Source: Anaeromyxobacteraceae bacterium
GTDB taxonomy: Bacteria > Myxococcota > Myxococcia > Myxococcales > Anaeromyxobacteraceae
Direction: 5' to 3'
DNA length: 64,000 nucleotides
Assembly (NCBI GenBank): GCA_047602405.1
Contig: JASGHJ010000001.1
Location: 576,001-640,000 of the forward strand
The notes under the pieces are model-generated. The model worked only from the letters and a program-made list of their open reading frames with translations. It did no database searches and was not told the DNA's origin. Shown in pieces: positions 41,410-51,554 of this stretch; position 1 is the first letter of the stretch; every line of letters starts with the position of its first letter. The position numbers and the translations under genes were made by a program.

Positions 41410-44400
41410 ATGCACCGTTCACTCTCCGTCGCTCTCTCCGCCGCCCTCCTCGCCGGCTGCAGCGGCCTCGACCACACGAACCCGTTCGATCCCTCGACCC
41501 CAGCCTCGCAGCAGGCCCGGGCGACGCTCGTCGGCACCGTGACGAAGGAGGCCGGCGCCACCGCACCGGTCCTCTCGGGCGTGCGCGTCTCCATCCCGGG
41601 CTCGAGCCTCGGCGCGGACACCGACGCGGCCGGCCACTTCTCGATCTCCGACGTCCCCCCCGGCACCTACGCGCTGCAGGCCGTCGCGACCGGCTACGAC
41701 TCCGCCACCGTGACCGGCATCGCCGTGACCCTCGACGACGGCGACCGCGAGGTCGAGGTCCCCACCCTCTCCCTCGCCCTCTCCCGCGGCGCGGTCTCCG
41801 GCTTCGTCTCCGCCGAGGCGTTCGGCGCGGTGGACGCGATGATGCTCTCCGGCGCCCTCGTGAGCCTCGACGGCCTCCCCGGCGCCGCCACCACCGACGC
41901 GGCCGGCGGCTTCTTCCTCTCCGGCGTGCCCGCCGGCCAGTACACGCTGAGCGTGAAGCGCGTCGGCTTCGTCCAGGGCGGGAACCCCCTCTCCGTCACG
42001 GTCGCCGGGAACGCCGTCGCGACCCTCCCCAGCGTGCCGGTCGCCTGGGATCCGGGCGGCGTCTCGGGCTCGCTCCTCGTCCAGGGGGCCGCCACCTCGG
42101 GCGGCGTCACCGTGCGCGTGAAGGGGCTCACCCTCGTCGGCACGCCGTTCCAGGCCACGACCACGAGCGCGCCGGACGGCACCTGGGGGCTCGAGGGCGC
42201 GGTCCCCGCCGGCGACTACAACGTCACCTACGAGCTCACCGACTACGCGGTCGTCGCCGCGTCGACCACCGTGGCGCCCCACACCACCACGGCGCTCCCG
42301 GCGGTCACGCTCGTCCGGGACACCGGCAGCGTCACCGGCGTCGCCACGCTCCAGGGCACCGGCGACGCCTCCGGCATCCAGGTCACCCTCTCCCCGCAGG
42401 GCACCGCGACCGTGGCCGGCGCCGCGATCACCGACGGCGCCGGCGTCTGGGCCGTCAACGCGCTCCCGGTCGGCCTCTACGACGTCGCCTACCAGAAGAC
42501 CGGCTACCTGAAGCAGGCCGCCACCGTCCTCGTCCTCTCCAACCGGTCGGTCGCCGTCGCCGCCGCCTCGCTCCCGGTCATCCCGGGCGTGCTGCGCGGC
42601 CGCGTCCTCCTCGAGGGCGTCGCCGCCGGCGCGTGGCAGGGCACCACGGTCTCGATCGTCGGCGCGACCGGGCTCTCCACGACGACGGGCACCGACGGGA
42701 AGTGGGTCCTCTCCGGCGTCGGCTCCGGGGCGCTGCAGGTCGCGATCGACCACCCGGGCTTCGACGCGCAGACGATCCAGGTCGTCACCTCGCCCGGCGG
42801 CGACCTCACCCTCCTCGACGTCTCGCTGGCGGTCTCGCGCGGCGGCCTCGCCGGCACGGTCACGCTGCAGGGCGCCGCCTCCTCCGCGGGCGTGGTCGTC
42901 ACGGCCGCGGGTCCGGCGCGGCAGAGCACCGTCACCGACGCCACCGGCGCCTTCTCGCTCGCGGGCCTGCCCGTCGGGACGTACGCGGTCAGCGCCCGGC
43001 TCGACCCGGACTACGCGCCGCTCACCGTGGCCGGGCAGGTCGTGGCCGCCGGCGCGACCACGACGCTCTCGGGCTCGCCCCGCACGCTCTCGCTCCTCAC
43101 CACCGGGTCGATCGGCGGCACGGCCGCCGTCGAGCGCGGCTCGGCGGCCGGGATCGCGGTCGCGCTCTCCGGCGTGGACCGCAACGGCGCGCTCGTCACC
43201 CAGGGCGTGCAGACGGCGGCGGGCGGCGCCTACGCCCTGCCGTCGCTCCCGAACGGCTCCTACTCGCTCACCTTCACGAAGGCCGGCTACGACCCGGTCA
43301 CCTCGTCCGGCCTCACCGTGACGGGCGGCGCCGTGACCGCCCCCGCGGTCACGCTGCTCGCGGCGAAGGGCACGATCGCCGGCCAGGTCTCGCTCACGGC
43401 CGGCGCGGTGACGGGGTTCTCGGTCGGCTCCGACTTCTCCGGCGCGGTGGTGAGCCTCACCGGCGCCGATGTGCCGGTCCCGTCGGCCGTCACCGACCCT
43501 TCGGGCAACTACCGCTTCCCCGACGTGCCCGTCTCGCTCGCGGGGACCCCGTTCACCGTCACTGCCCGCAAGCCGAACTTCACGACCGCCTCCACGACGG
43601 TCACCGGCGTCGCGAACGCCACGGTCTCGGTGACCGCGCTCACGCTGCCCGTGAACGCGGGCTCGCTCGCCGGCACGGCGGTCCTCTGGGACGACGTCGG
43701 CAACGCCGGCCAGAACGCCACGAGCGCGGGCATCACGGTCCAGGTCTCCGGCGCGACCTTCAACGGCACCTCCTGGACGGTGACCCCGGCGCCCACCACC
43801 GCCGCGAACGGCGCCTGGAGCGTGCCGGCCATCCCGCCCGGCACCTACACCGTGACGCTCACGAGCGCGAGCCGCACCTGCGCCGCCGGCGGCTCGGCGA
43901 GCGTCACCGAGGGCGCCCCCGCCACGATCGCGGGCGCGGTCCGCTGCCAGGACGCGATCGCCCCCGGCACCGTGGTGCTCACCGCGCCGGCGCCCTACAC
44001 CACCTCGACCTCGGTCCCGGTCACGATCGCGAGCGCCGCCGCCGACGCGACCACCCCCTCCTCGAACTTCCGCGGCTACCAGCTCGCCGTCGGCGCGGCG
44101 CCGGACTGGAGCGCGGCGACGATCACCGCCGGCCAGCCCGGCGCGCTCACCTTCACCCTCCCGGCCGTGGACGGCGCCTACACGCTCTGGGCGCGCGCGG
44201 TCGACTGGATCGGCAACGCCGGCCCCGCCGCGAGCGCGGCGGTGACCCTCGACCGCGCCGCCCCCACCACCCCGACCCTGTCCACCCCGCGCGGCCAGGT
44301 GAACGACACCACCGCGGCGGTGACCGTGACCGGCTCCGAGGGCGACCCCGCCTTCCTGCAGTACGAGGCGTGCGTCGGCACCGCGGTCGGGGCCTGCCCG

Positions 44401-47007
44401 GCGAGCCCGTCGTGCTCGCCGCTCCTCGCCACCCCGAGCTCCTTCGCCGCGCCCCTCACCGCCGACAAGCGCAACTGCGTCTGGGCCCGCGCCCGCGACA
44501 AGGCCGGGAACACGAGCGGCGCGGCGGTGCTCGAGATCGTGAGCGACCTCACCCCGCCCACGCCGCCCACGGTCGTCCCGACCTTCGACCCGCTCGCCGT
44601 GGGGCTCCGGGCGACCTACGCCGACTTCTTCGTGACGGGCGGCCCGACCGACAAGCCCATGGGTGACCCGACCCCCTGGCTGAACGTGGCCTGGCTCGAG
44701 GTCGACTCCGGCGCCGGCTTCGTGCCGCTCTGCCCGGAGGCGGCCTGCCACCCGGCCAACACCTACCAGCCGTGCGCGGCGGCCTGCACGGCCGTCTGCA
44801 CCGACGCGCGGCGCGTCTGCGGCGGCACGGCGGGCAATGCGCCGTACGCGATCCGGGTCCCGCTCGCGGCCTCGTCCGCGAACGTGGTCTCGGTCCGCGC
44901 GGTGGACGTCGCCGGCAACGTGGGGAGCGCCTTCTCCCAGACGGTGAACACGCTGGGCCAGGGCGGCGTCCTCGCGAGCGGCGGGAACGCCTACCTCGAC
45001 AACGTCCGGATCAAGGGCTCGGTCGTCACCTGGTCCGGTGCGGGCGGGGTGTGGCTCACGGACCTGGGCCAGAACCTCAGGCCGGAAGCGACCGACCCCG
45101 CCTGCATCGTGGGCGCGGGCTCGGGCGGGGAGATCGGCGCCGAGCCCGCCAGCCAGTCGCTCGTCGTGCTCGTCGACGGGGCCACGAACTTCATCCGGGC
45201 CCGGCGGCGCGGCACCGGCCCCTGGTGCTCCGGGACCGACGCGACGACCTCCATCTACACGATCCCCGCCGGCTACACCGTGGGTGACGTGAGCGCAGCC
45301 GGCGAGCGCGCCGCGTTCATCCGCCGCACGAACGCCACCAGCACCTACGAGCTCCAGGTGATCGAGCCCGGCGCGAGCGGCCAGCTCGGCGTGGGCCCCG
45401 TCGCGGGGCCGTTCCTCGCGGCGACCTACGCCTCGCCGGCGCTCCCCCTGCAGATGCAGCTCGGCGGGAAGTACGCGATCACCTGGGTCTGGCTCGGCGG
45501 CTCGAACTACGCCTGGTACCTCGTCACCGCGAACGGCAGCGACTTCTCGGGCGGCGCCACCTCGCAGGCCCTCCCCGCCGGCACCTGGGGCGCGGCGGTC
45601 TCCGCCGACGGCTCGGAGATCGTCTACGCGGCGCAGTCCGGGATCAACGAGACCCTCACGGTGTGCAGGCCCGGCGCGGCCGGCGCGTACACGCCCGGCG
45701 GCGCGGGCTGCGTCACCCGCAGCTACCCGCTCGGCGCGATCAACACGACCGGCTCCCGCATCGCCATCGAGGGCACGCACGTGGTGGCGGTGGAGAACGG
45801 CTCGCCCGGCTACGTCACCGACTGGAACGCCGGCCCCGACGGCGTCTTCCAGGCGAGCGGGGGCGACGACACGCTCGTCCGCAACCTGCCCAGCACCGTG
45901 ACGCGGGCCTCGCCGTCGATCGGCTCGAACGGCCTCCTCGTGTACCGGAACGGCTACTCGCAGACCGACGGCACGCAGGACCTGCTCTGGCTCGACCTCT
46001 CGTCGCTGCGCTGGGAGGTGGCCGCCGCGGGCGAGCTGCGCTACCCGGTGGTCAACGGCGCGGGGGCGCTGTTCGCGGCGGACCTCGGCAGCAGCCGGCT
46101 CGTCTACCGGAGCGGCGACGGCAGGACCACCGCCGCGAGCACCGTCAACGGCTACTCGACGCCGGACTGGTCGTACGCCGCGGCCACGGGGAACGCGCTC
46201 GTCACGAACGACGCGTACGGGCTCTGGGTCTACCTCGCCGACCCGGGCGGCGGCTGGTTCGCCACCGTCCCGACGCCGACCAAGGTCTACACGGCCGGGG
46301 CCGGGAACAACACCTACTTCCTGACCGCGGGCGGCGGGAAGGCGCTCGCGCTCGAGCTCGTCTCGTCGACCTGGGTCCCGATCGTCCTCGAGCCCGGGGC
46401 CGGCACGCTCGCGACCGCCACCGCCGTGAACGTGCTCGCGGGAGCGGGCATCACCGCCTCCGGCTCGAACGCGGCCTTCGCCATCACGTCCCAGTACGCC
46501 TTCTTCAGCTGCGTCTCCTCGGGCACCCGCCTCTGCGTCCGCGAGGCGGGCGCGGACCACGTGTTCGGCACCGCCGACGACGCCGGCGGGACCGTCGTGC
46601 TGAAGCACGCGCCGAACGCGGCCATCGGCGTCGCGGGCACGCCGTTCGACGGCAGCGACGCCCAGGCCTGGGGCCGCAAGGTCGCCGTCACGTCCGGCGG
46701 ACACCTCTACGTGCTCGACGCGGGCCCCGACCTCCACTTCAACACCGCCGACGACGCCGAGGTGGATCTCGGCACGTTCAGCGGCGACCGGCGAGACTTC
46801 GCGCTCGCGGGCAACTTCGTCGCCTACCTCGCCGTCGGCGCGCCGGCCGGGAAGCAGGTGTTCCTCGTGGACCTCGTGACGAACAGCGGCCGCCAGCTCA
46901 CCGAGCACTACTCGGTGAAGCAGCAGGTGGTGGTGGAGCCGAGCGGCCGGGTGTTCTGGAAGGACGGCCTCTTCGCGAGCGCGGGGATCTTCACGCGGAC
47001 GCCGTGA
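41410..47007 (+). CDS. Giant surface lipoprotein (about 1865 aa) with carboxypeptidase-regulatory-like/Ig repeats and a beta-rich C-terminus
   Basis: ATG at 41410; lipobox LAGC; NPFDP; many T...G.F....vP.G.Y repeats; D.AGN Ig motifs; Cys-rich inserts. Confidence 0.85.
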   Translation: MHRSLSVALSAALLAGCSGLDHTNPFDPSTPASQQARATLVGTVTKEAGATAPVLSGVRVSIPGSSLGADTDAAGHFSISDVPPGTYALQAVATGYDSATVTGIAVTLDDGDREVEVPTLSLALSRGAVSGFVSAEAFGAVDAMMLSGALVSLDGLPGAATTDAAGGFFLSGVPAGQYTLSVKRVGFVQGGNPLSVTVAGNAVATLPSVPVAWDPGGVSGSLLVQGAATSGGVTVRVKGLTLVGTPFQATTTSAPDGTWGLEGAVPAGDYNVTYELTDYAVVAASTTVAPHTTTALPAVTLVRDTGSVTGVATLQGTGDASGIQVTLSPQGTATVAGAAITDGAGVWAVNALPVGLYDVAYQKTGYLKQAATVLVLSNRSVAVAAASLPVIPGVLRGRVLLEGVAAGAWQGTTVSIVGATGLSTTTGTDGKWVLSGVGSGALQVAIDHPGFDAQTIQVVTSPGGDLTLLDVSLAVSRGGLAGTVTLQGAASSAGVVVTAAGPARQSTVTDATGAFSLAGLPVGTYAVSARLDPDYAPLTVAGQVVAAGATTTLSGSPRTLSLLTTGSIGGTAAVERGSAAGIAVALSGVDRNGALVTQGVQTAAGGAYALPSLPNGSYSLTFTKAGYDPVTSSGLTVTGGAVTAPAVTLLAAKGTIAGQVSLTAGAVTGFSVGSDFSGAVVSLTGADVPVPSAVTDPSGNYRFPDVPVSLAGTPFTVTARKPNFTTASTTVTGVANATVSVTALTLPVNAGSLAGTAVLWDDVGNAGQNATSAGITVQVSGATFNGTSWTVTPAPTTAANGAWSVPAIPPGTYTVTLTSASRTCAAGGSASVTEGAPATIAGAVRCQDAIAPGTVVLTAPAPYTTSTSVPVTIASAAADATTPSSNFRGYQLAVGAAPDWSAATITAGQPGALTFTLPAVDGAYTLWARAVDWIGNAGPAASAAVTLDRAAPTTPTLSTPRGQVNDTTAAVTVTGSEGDPAFLQYEACVGTAVGACPASPSCSPLLATPSSFAAPLTADKRNCVWARARDKAGNTSGAAVLEIVSDLTPPTPPTVVPTFDPLAVGLRATYADFFVTGGPTDKPMGDPTPWLNVAWLEVDSGAGFVPLCPEAACHPANTYQPCAAACTAVCTDARRVCGGTAGNAPYAIRVPLAASSANVVSVRAVDVAGNVGSAFSQTVNTLGQGGVLASGGNAYLDNVRIKGSVVTWSGAGGVWLTDLGQNLRPEATDPACIVGAGSGGEIGAEPASQSLVVLVDGATNFIRARRRGTGPWCSGTDATTSIYTIPAGYTVGDVSAAGERAAFIRRTNATSTYELQVIEPGASGQLGVGPVAGPFLAATYASPALPLQMQLGGKYAITWVWLGGSNYAWYLVTANGSDFSGGATSQALPAGTWGAAVSADGSEIVYAAQSGINETLTVCRPGAAGAYTPGGAGCVTRSYPLGAINTTGSRIAIEGTHVVAVENGSPGYVTDWNAGPDGVFQASGGDDTLVRNLPSTVTRASPSIGSNGLLVYRNGYSQTDGTQDLLWLDLSSLRWEVAAAGELRYPVVNGAGALFAADLGSSRLVYRSGDGRTTAASTVNGYSTPDWSYAAATGNALVTNDAYGLWVYLADPGGGWFATVPTPTKVYTAGAGNNTYFLTAGGGKALALELVSSTWVPIVLEPGAGTLATATAVNVLAGAGITASGSNAAFAITSQYAFFSCVSSGTRLCVREAGADHVFGTADDAGGTVVLKHAPNAAIGVAGTPFDGSDAQAWGRKVAVTSGGHLYVLDAGPDLHFNTADDAEVDLGTFSGDRRDFALAGNFVAYLAVGAPAGKQVFLVDLVTNSGRQLTEHYSVKQQVVVEPSGRVFWKDGLFASAGIFTRTP

Positions 47008-47016
47008 GGCGAGGGG

Positions 47017-47717
47017 TCACCGCCCCGTCGCGAGCGCGACGAGAGCGGCGACCGCCTCGTCGGGCACGGTGTGGCCGCCGTCGAACTCGAGGAAGCGCAC
47101 GGGCGCGAGGGTGCGCGACTCCGAGGGCGGGCAGACCTCGTCCCGGGCGCCATGCGCGAGGAGCACGCGCAGGCCCTTGCGGCGCGGGAGCTCGCCGCGC
47201 AGCCACATCCCGCACGGCGCGAACGCGGCGAGCGCGCCGATCCGCGGCTCCTCGACCGCGAGGTCCGCCGCGACGCCCGCGCCCTGCGAGAAGCCCGCCA
47301 CCGTCACCGGGAGCGGCGGCGTGCGCGCGAGCCACGGCGCGAGCGCGTCCCGGATCCGGGCGCGGCTCCGGGCTTGCTCGTCCGCGGTCCCGCCCCAGTG
47401 CTGCCCGGTCCGCGCGGCGTGGGGGCCCTCGAGCGAGATCACCGCGACGTCCGCGACAGCCCGGCCGCGCGGAGCCTGCGGGCGAGCTGCTCGCCCTGCC
47501 GGAGATCCCGGCCGAGCCCGTGCAGGTAGACGATGGCGGCGGAGGCCTCGGAGGGCCCCGGCCCGTCGACCGCCGCGAGGAGCGGCAGCGGCTCGGGGCG
47601 CTCCTTGCCGCCAGGGCGCGCGAGGACCCCGCCGACGATCGCGGCCGCGACGAGCACGGCGAGCGGGAGCCCGCGGCGCCAGCGGGACGGCGGCGGAGGT
47701 GAAGGAGTCCCGGTCAC
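47017..47717 (-). pseudogene. Phospholipase/carboxylesterase split by a frameshift near 47450 (or a sequencing indel)
   Basis: The 5' ORF (47439-47717) has a TM helix and IVYLHGLG. The 3' ORF (47017-47442) has GFSQG, HGARDEV and FDGGH. The span is 701 bp (3n-1). Confidence 0.7.
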
Positions 47718-47879
47718 TTGCCCGTGCGATTACCTCGCCGGCGGCTTAGTTCGCCAGGGCTCATCCCCGCGGTGGTGGACGCCGCCCCCGCAGGGACCTC
47801 ATCGATGAATGACCTCACGGATTCCGGGTTCACCCCTCGGGATGCCGCCTCTCCAGCCTCGAAGTCCCGGAGCCACCTC

Positions 47880-48419
47880 GTGTCGACCCTCCCCGTCCTC
47901 GCCGCGCTCGCCCTCCTCACCGCCGCCGATCCGCCGCGCCCGAAGCCGATCCAGGTCCCCGTCGTTCCGCCGCGCGCCGCCGACGTCGGCAGCATCGACG
48001 GCATGATCCGCGCCTGGTACGAGATCGTCTCGGGCCCCGCCGGCCAGCCGCGCGACTGGGGCCGCGACCGCACCCTCTACATCCCCGGCGTCCGGTTCGT
48101 GAGCGCCGTCGTGAAGGACGGGAAGCCCGCCGTCTCCGTGCGCGATCACCAGGCCTTCGTCGAGTACTCCGAGCCCTTCCTGCAGCAGGGCTTCTTCGAG
48201 AAGGAGATCCACCGCGTCACGACCCGGTACGGCACGATCGCGCACGTCTGGAGCACCTACGAGAGCCGCGCGAAGGAGGACGGGCCGGTCACCGAGCGCG
48301 GGATCAACTCGATCGAGCTCCACTGGGACGGCGCCCGCTGGTGGATCGCCGGCGCGCAGTGGTTCACCGAGTCGAAGGAGCACCCGATCCCGGCGGAGTT
48401 CCTGCCGGGCGGGAAGTGA
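47880..48419 (+). CDS. Secreted NTF2-like hypothetical protein
   Basis: GTG at 47880; ISG/VSGPAG, GFFEKEI, IAHVWSTYE and RGINSIEL motifs. Confidence 0.7.
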   Translation: MSTLPVLAALALLTAADPPRPKPIQVPVVPPRAADVGSIDGMIRAWYEIVSGPAGQPRDWGRDRTLYIPGVRFVSAVVKDGKPAVSVRDHQAFVEYSEPFLQQGFFEKEIHRVTTRYGTIAHVWSTYESRAKEDGPVTERGINSIELHWDGARWWIAGAQWFTESKEHPIPAEFLPGGK

Positions 48420-48423
48420 GGAC

Positions 48424-50901
48424 CTAGTCCCTCGGCTTCCCCAGCTCCCGCCACCGCAACACCGCCGGCAGCACCACGAGCGCGGTCGCGAGGCAGGCGA
48501 CCTCGCCGAGCACGGCGAGCACGCCGAACGAGAACAGGGCCTGGTTGCGCGCCACGAGCAGGGACGCGTAGCCGAGGATCGTCGTGAGCGAGCAGAGCGC
48601 GACGGCGCCACCGGTCGTGCGCACGACCTCGGTGATGGAGCGGGCGTGATCGATGCGGCGCCGCGCGAAGATGTTGGTCGCGTAGTCGACGCCGATGCCG
48701 AAGGTGATCGGCAGGGCGATGAAGTTGAGCATGTTGAGCTTCAGGCCGAGCGCCCCGGCGAGGCCGAGGAACCAGGCCACCCCGAGCGCGAGCGCGGCGA
48801 GCACCCCGGCGGCGTCGGCGAGCGAGCGGCCGGCGGCGGTCCCGGCGCCGAACGCCACGACCACGAGCACGGCGACGCCCACGAGCGAGAGCAGGGTCGC
48901 ACGCGGGCCGTCCTGCTCGATGGCGTCGAGCACGTCGGCGAACACGAGCATCGAGGAGGCCACCGGCGCGTCGGCGGGGAGGTCGAGGCCGCGGAGCTCG
49001 GCCGCGAAGCGGCGCACGTCGTCGCCGTTCCAGACGTCGATCTTGCCCGACGGGTAGACGATGACCGGCGTCCCGACCCGCCCGTCGGACTCGGTGAGCT
49101 GCCGCTTCACGGAAGGCGGCAGGTCTGCGGCGCCGAAGGGGCGCAGGTCCGCGGGCGGGAGCACCGCCTTCACCATCAGCTGCCGGTCCGGCGGCAGGAA
49201 CGACAGGTGCTCCGGCGTCGCGAGCGCGCGGAGCTCCTGCACGAGGGGCAGCTTCGCCTCCTGGTCGTCCGGCACGACCGAGGCGATCGAGAGCACCGAC
49301 CCGAAGGTCGTGGCCGGGGTCGCGGCGACGTGGGCCTGCACGCGGGCGGCGAGCGCGCGGGCCTGCGCGACGTCGTGGCCGAGGATCACGGTGGGCGAGA
49401 GGTGCTCGCCGAAGAGCTCGTCGACCCGCTCGTCCCACCAGCCGGGGCCGCCCACCGCGAGGGCGGAGGCGTCGCGGAGCTTCCTGAAGTCGTGCTCGAT
49501 GGGGGCCCGCGCGAAGCGGGCGATCGCGACGCCGGCGGCGACGGTGAGCGCGAGCGCCACGAGCGCGGTGACGCGCGGCGCGCGGGCGACGAGCACCGAG
49601 ACGGCGTGCGTGAAGATCGGCCGCGAGGGGCGCTGGCCGTGGCGCGGGATCGGCGAGCGGGCCTCCCACGCGAGGACGAGCGGCGTGCCGACCGCGTAGG
49701 CGGCGACCCAGGAGAGCGCCATCCCGAGCCCGCCGATGAGGCCGAACTGGTTGAAGCCGCGGAAGTCGGTCGCGAGGAGCGAGCCGTACGCGACGCCGGC
49801 CGCGAGCGCGGCGGTGAGCGTCGCGAGCCAGGTGCCGTGCACCGCGACCCCCATCGCCTCGACCGGCGCCTTCCCGTGGCGGCGCTCCTCGAGGTAGCGC
49901 GCGAAGAAGATCAGCCCGACGTTGATGCCGTTGCCGATGACGATCGAGCCGAGGAACGCGGTGTTCGAGTTGAGGTGGCCGACGGCGAGCTCGGCGAGCC
50001 CGAAGGTGACGAACGTGCCCGCGAGGAGCGGCAGCCCCACCGCGAACACCGCCTTCCAGGTGCGGTTGTAGAGCGCGATGGCGAGCGCGACCGCGAGGAC
50101 CACGAGCGCCGTCGCCCAGACGAGGTCCTCGGCGAGCGCGTCGTGCTCGCGGACGTTCGAGGCGACGTAGCCGCCGTAGTCGACCTCGACGGCGGGGGCA
50201 CCCGGGGCGGCGGCGGCCTTCAGCGCCGCGACCTCGGCCTGCACGCGCGCCAGCAGCCCCTTCACCCGGGCGTAGTCGTCGGCGGGGCCGTTCATCCGCA
50301 CGACCATCGCGAGGATGGTCTGCTTCTCGCCGGGCTTCTTGCCGGAGACCTCGCCCGCCTGGTAGCCGGACGGGAAGCGCTGCGCGAGCGCCTCGCGGCC
50401 GGCGACGATCCGGCGGAGCACGGCCTCCACGTCGGGCGCGGCGCCCGGAGGCGGACGCCCCGCCCGCGCCGCCTCCTCCCACGCGATCCGGGCGCGCAGC
50501 GCGTCGCGCAGCGTGACGAGCTCGTCCTGCGTGGCGAAGAGCAGGAGCCTGGGCCGGAAGAAGTCGGTCGCCTCGTCGGTGCGGTAGTCCACCCACCGGA
50601 CGAGCTCCGTCGCCTGGTCCAGCCGCTCGGCGAGGTCGTCGGCGAAGAGCTGGAGCGACAGCAGGTCCGCGCCGGAGAGCACCACCGTGAGCTCGGCGTA
50701 CCCGCCGAACCGCCGCGCGACCTCCCGGGCGTCCACCGCGCCACGGCTCGTGCCGGGCAACAGCTCCGACATGTCGGGCCGGAGATCCCCGTACAGCCGC
50801 ACCGTGCCCCACAGGCCGAGCGCGGAGCAGAGGACCGCGAGGAGGAGCAGCGCCCGCCGGTGGCGGTCGGCGAAGCGGACCCAGCGCTCGGAGGGCGTCA
50901 C
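48424..50901 (-). CDS. MMPL/RND family lipid transporter
   Basis: Two-fold repeat of TM bundles with IVIGNGINVG and ITFGIGVDYA, plus LTTILGYASL; GTGA overlap with the upstream gene. Confidence 0.9.
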   Translation of the reverse strand: MTPSERWVRFADRHRRALLLLAVLCSALGLWGTVRLYGDLRPDMSELLPGTSRGAVDAREVARRFGGYAELTVVLSGADLLSLQLFADDLAERLDQATELVRWVDYRTDEATDFFRPRLLLFATQDELVTLRDALRARIAWEEAARAGRPPPGAAPDVEAVLRRIVAGREALAQRFPSGYQAGEVSGKKPGEKQTILAMVVRMNGPADDYARVKGLLARVQAEVAALKAAAAPGAPAVEVDYGGYVASNVREHDALAEDLVWATALVVLAVALAIALYNRTWKAVFAVGLPLLAGTFVTFGLAELAVGHLNSNTAFLGSIVIGNGINVGLIFFARYLEERRHGKAPVEAMGVAVHGTWLATLTAALAAGVAYGSLLATDFRGFNQFGLIGGLGMALSWVAAYAVGTPLVLAWEARSPIPRHGQRPSRPIFTHAVSVLVARAPRVTALVALALTVAAGVAIARFARAPIEHDFRKLRDASALAVGGPGWWDERVDELFGEHLSPTVILGHDVAQARALAARVQAHVAATPATTFGSVLSIASVVPDDQEAKLPLVQELRALATPEHLSFLPPDRQLMVKAVLPPADLRPFGAADLPPSVKRQLTESDGRVGTPVIVYPSGKIDVWNGDDVRRFAAELRGLDLPADAPVASSMLVFADVLDAIEQDGPRATLLSLVGVAVLVVVAFGAGTAAGRSLADAAGVLAALALGVAWFLGLAGALGLKLNMLNFIALPITFGIGVDYATNIFARRRIDHARSITEVVRTTGGAVALCSLTTILGYASLLVARNQALFSFGVLAVLGEVACLATALVVLPAVLRWRELGKPRD

Positions 50902-51554
50902 GGGTTCGGCATCCTCTCGAGCCGCGGACCCGCCGCGCCGAGCGCGAGGAACTCGAGCCCGTCGGCGCCGAGCGAGCCCGCGTTGGCGTAGCGGTCGCCC
51001 GGCACGAGGTGCTGGACGTGGACGTGGCCGAAGACGCCGAGGTCGAACGCGCCGCGCTCGACGACCGCGAGGCAGCGGCGGCGGAAGGTCCGCTCCATCG
51101 CGCCCTGCGCGAGCGTGCGCGCCGCCGCCTCGGCGAGCCAGGCCGCGCCGCGGACGACCGAGAGCCGGCCGAAGCGCCGCGAGATGCCGTCGCCGAGCCG
51201 GCCGATGGCGGAGGCGTTGACCGGGTCGGCGCGGTGGCCGTGCGCGACGAGCACCCGCCCCACGCCCGGCCACTCGAGCTCCACCTGCTCGTCGCCGTCC
51301 TCGGGGTCGTGGTTGCCGCGCGTGCGCGCGAGCCGGTGCTCCGCGTGGAGCGCCGCCATGGCCTCGACCACCGCCGGGTGCGCGGCCTCGCCCCGCCCCG
51401 GACCGGCGAAGAGCACGTCGAACACGTCGCCGTTCAGGATCACCCGCGCGCCCGCCGCGCCGGCGCGCTCGAGGAACGCGCGCGCGAGCCGGCCGTGCGC
51501 GGCCGGGCTCTCCGGGCCGAGGTGCCAGTCGGAGGCGATCCAGACCTCGCTCAC
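50898..51554 (-). CDS. Calcineurin-like metallophosphoesterase (LpxH-like)
   Basis: SDWHLG, NGDVFD, GNHD, AHGH, FGHVH and NAGS motifs. Confidence 0.88.
   Translation of the reverse strand: MSEVWIASDWHLGPESPAAHGRLARAFLERAGAAGARVILNGDVFDVLFAGPGRGEAAHPAVVEAMAALHAEHRLARTRGNHDPEDGDEQVELEWPGVGRVLVAHGHRADPVNASAIGRLGDGISRRFGRLSVVRGAAWLAEAAARTLAQGAMERTFRRRCLAVVERGAFDLGVFGHVHVQHLVPGDRYANAGSLGADGLEFLALGAAGPRLERMPNP

Noticed and set aside
41220..41410. TPP riboswitch upstream of the CytX-like permease, or a yybP-like AAAGGGGGAGTA motif
   Set aside because: No CTGAGA or ACCTGAT core is visible on the minus strand, and the rest of the yybP consensus is missing.
41419..46908. 1829-aa minus-strand ORF and similar long Arg/Gly/Ala-rich ORFs (e.g. 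54454-58404)
   Set aside because: These are antisense shadows of real genes, produced by strong GC3 bias.
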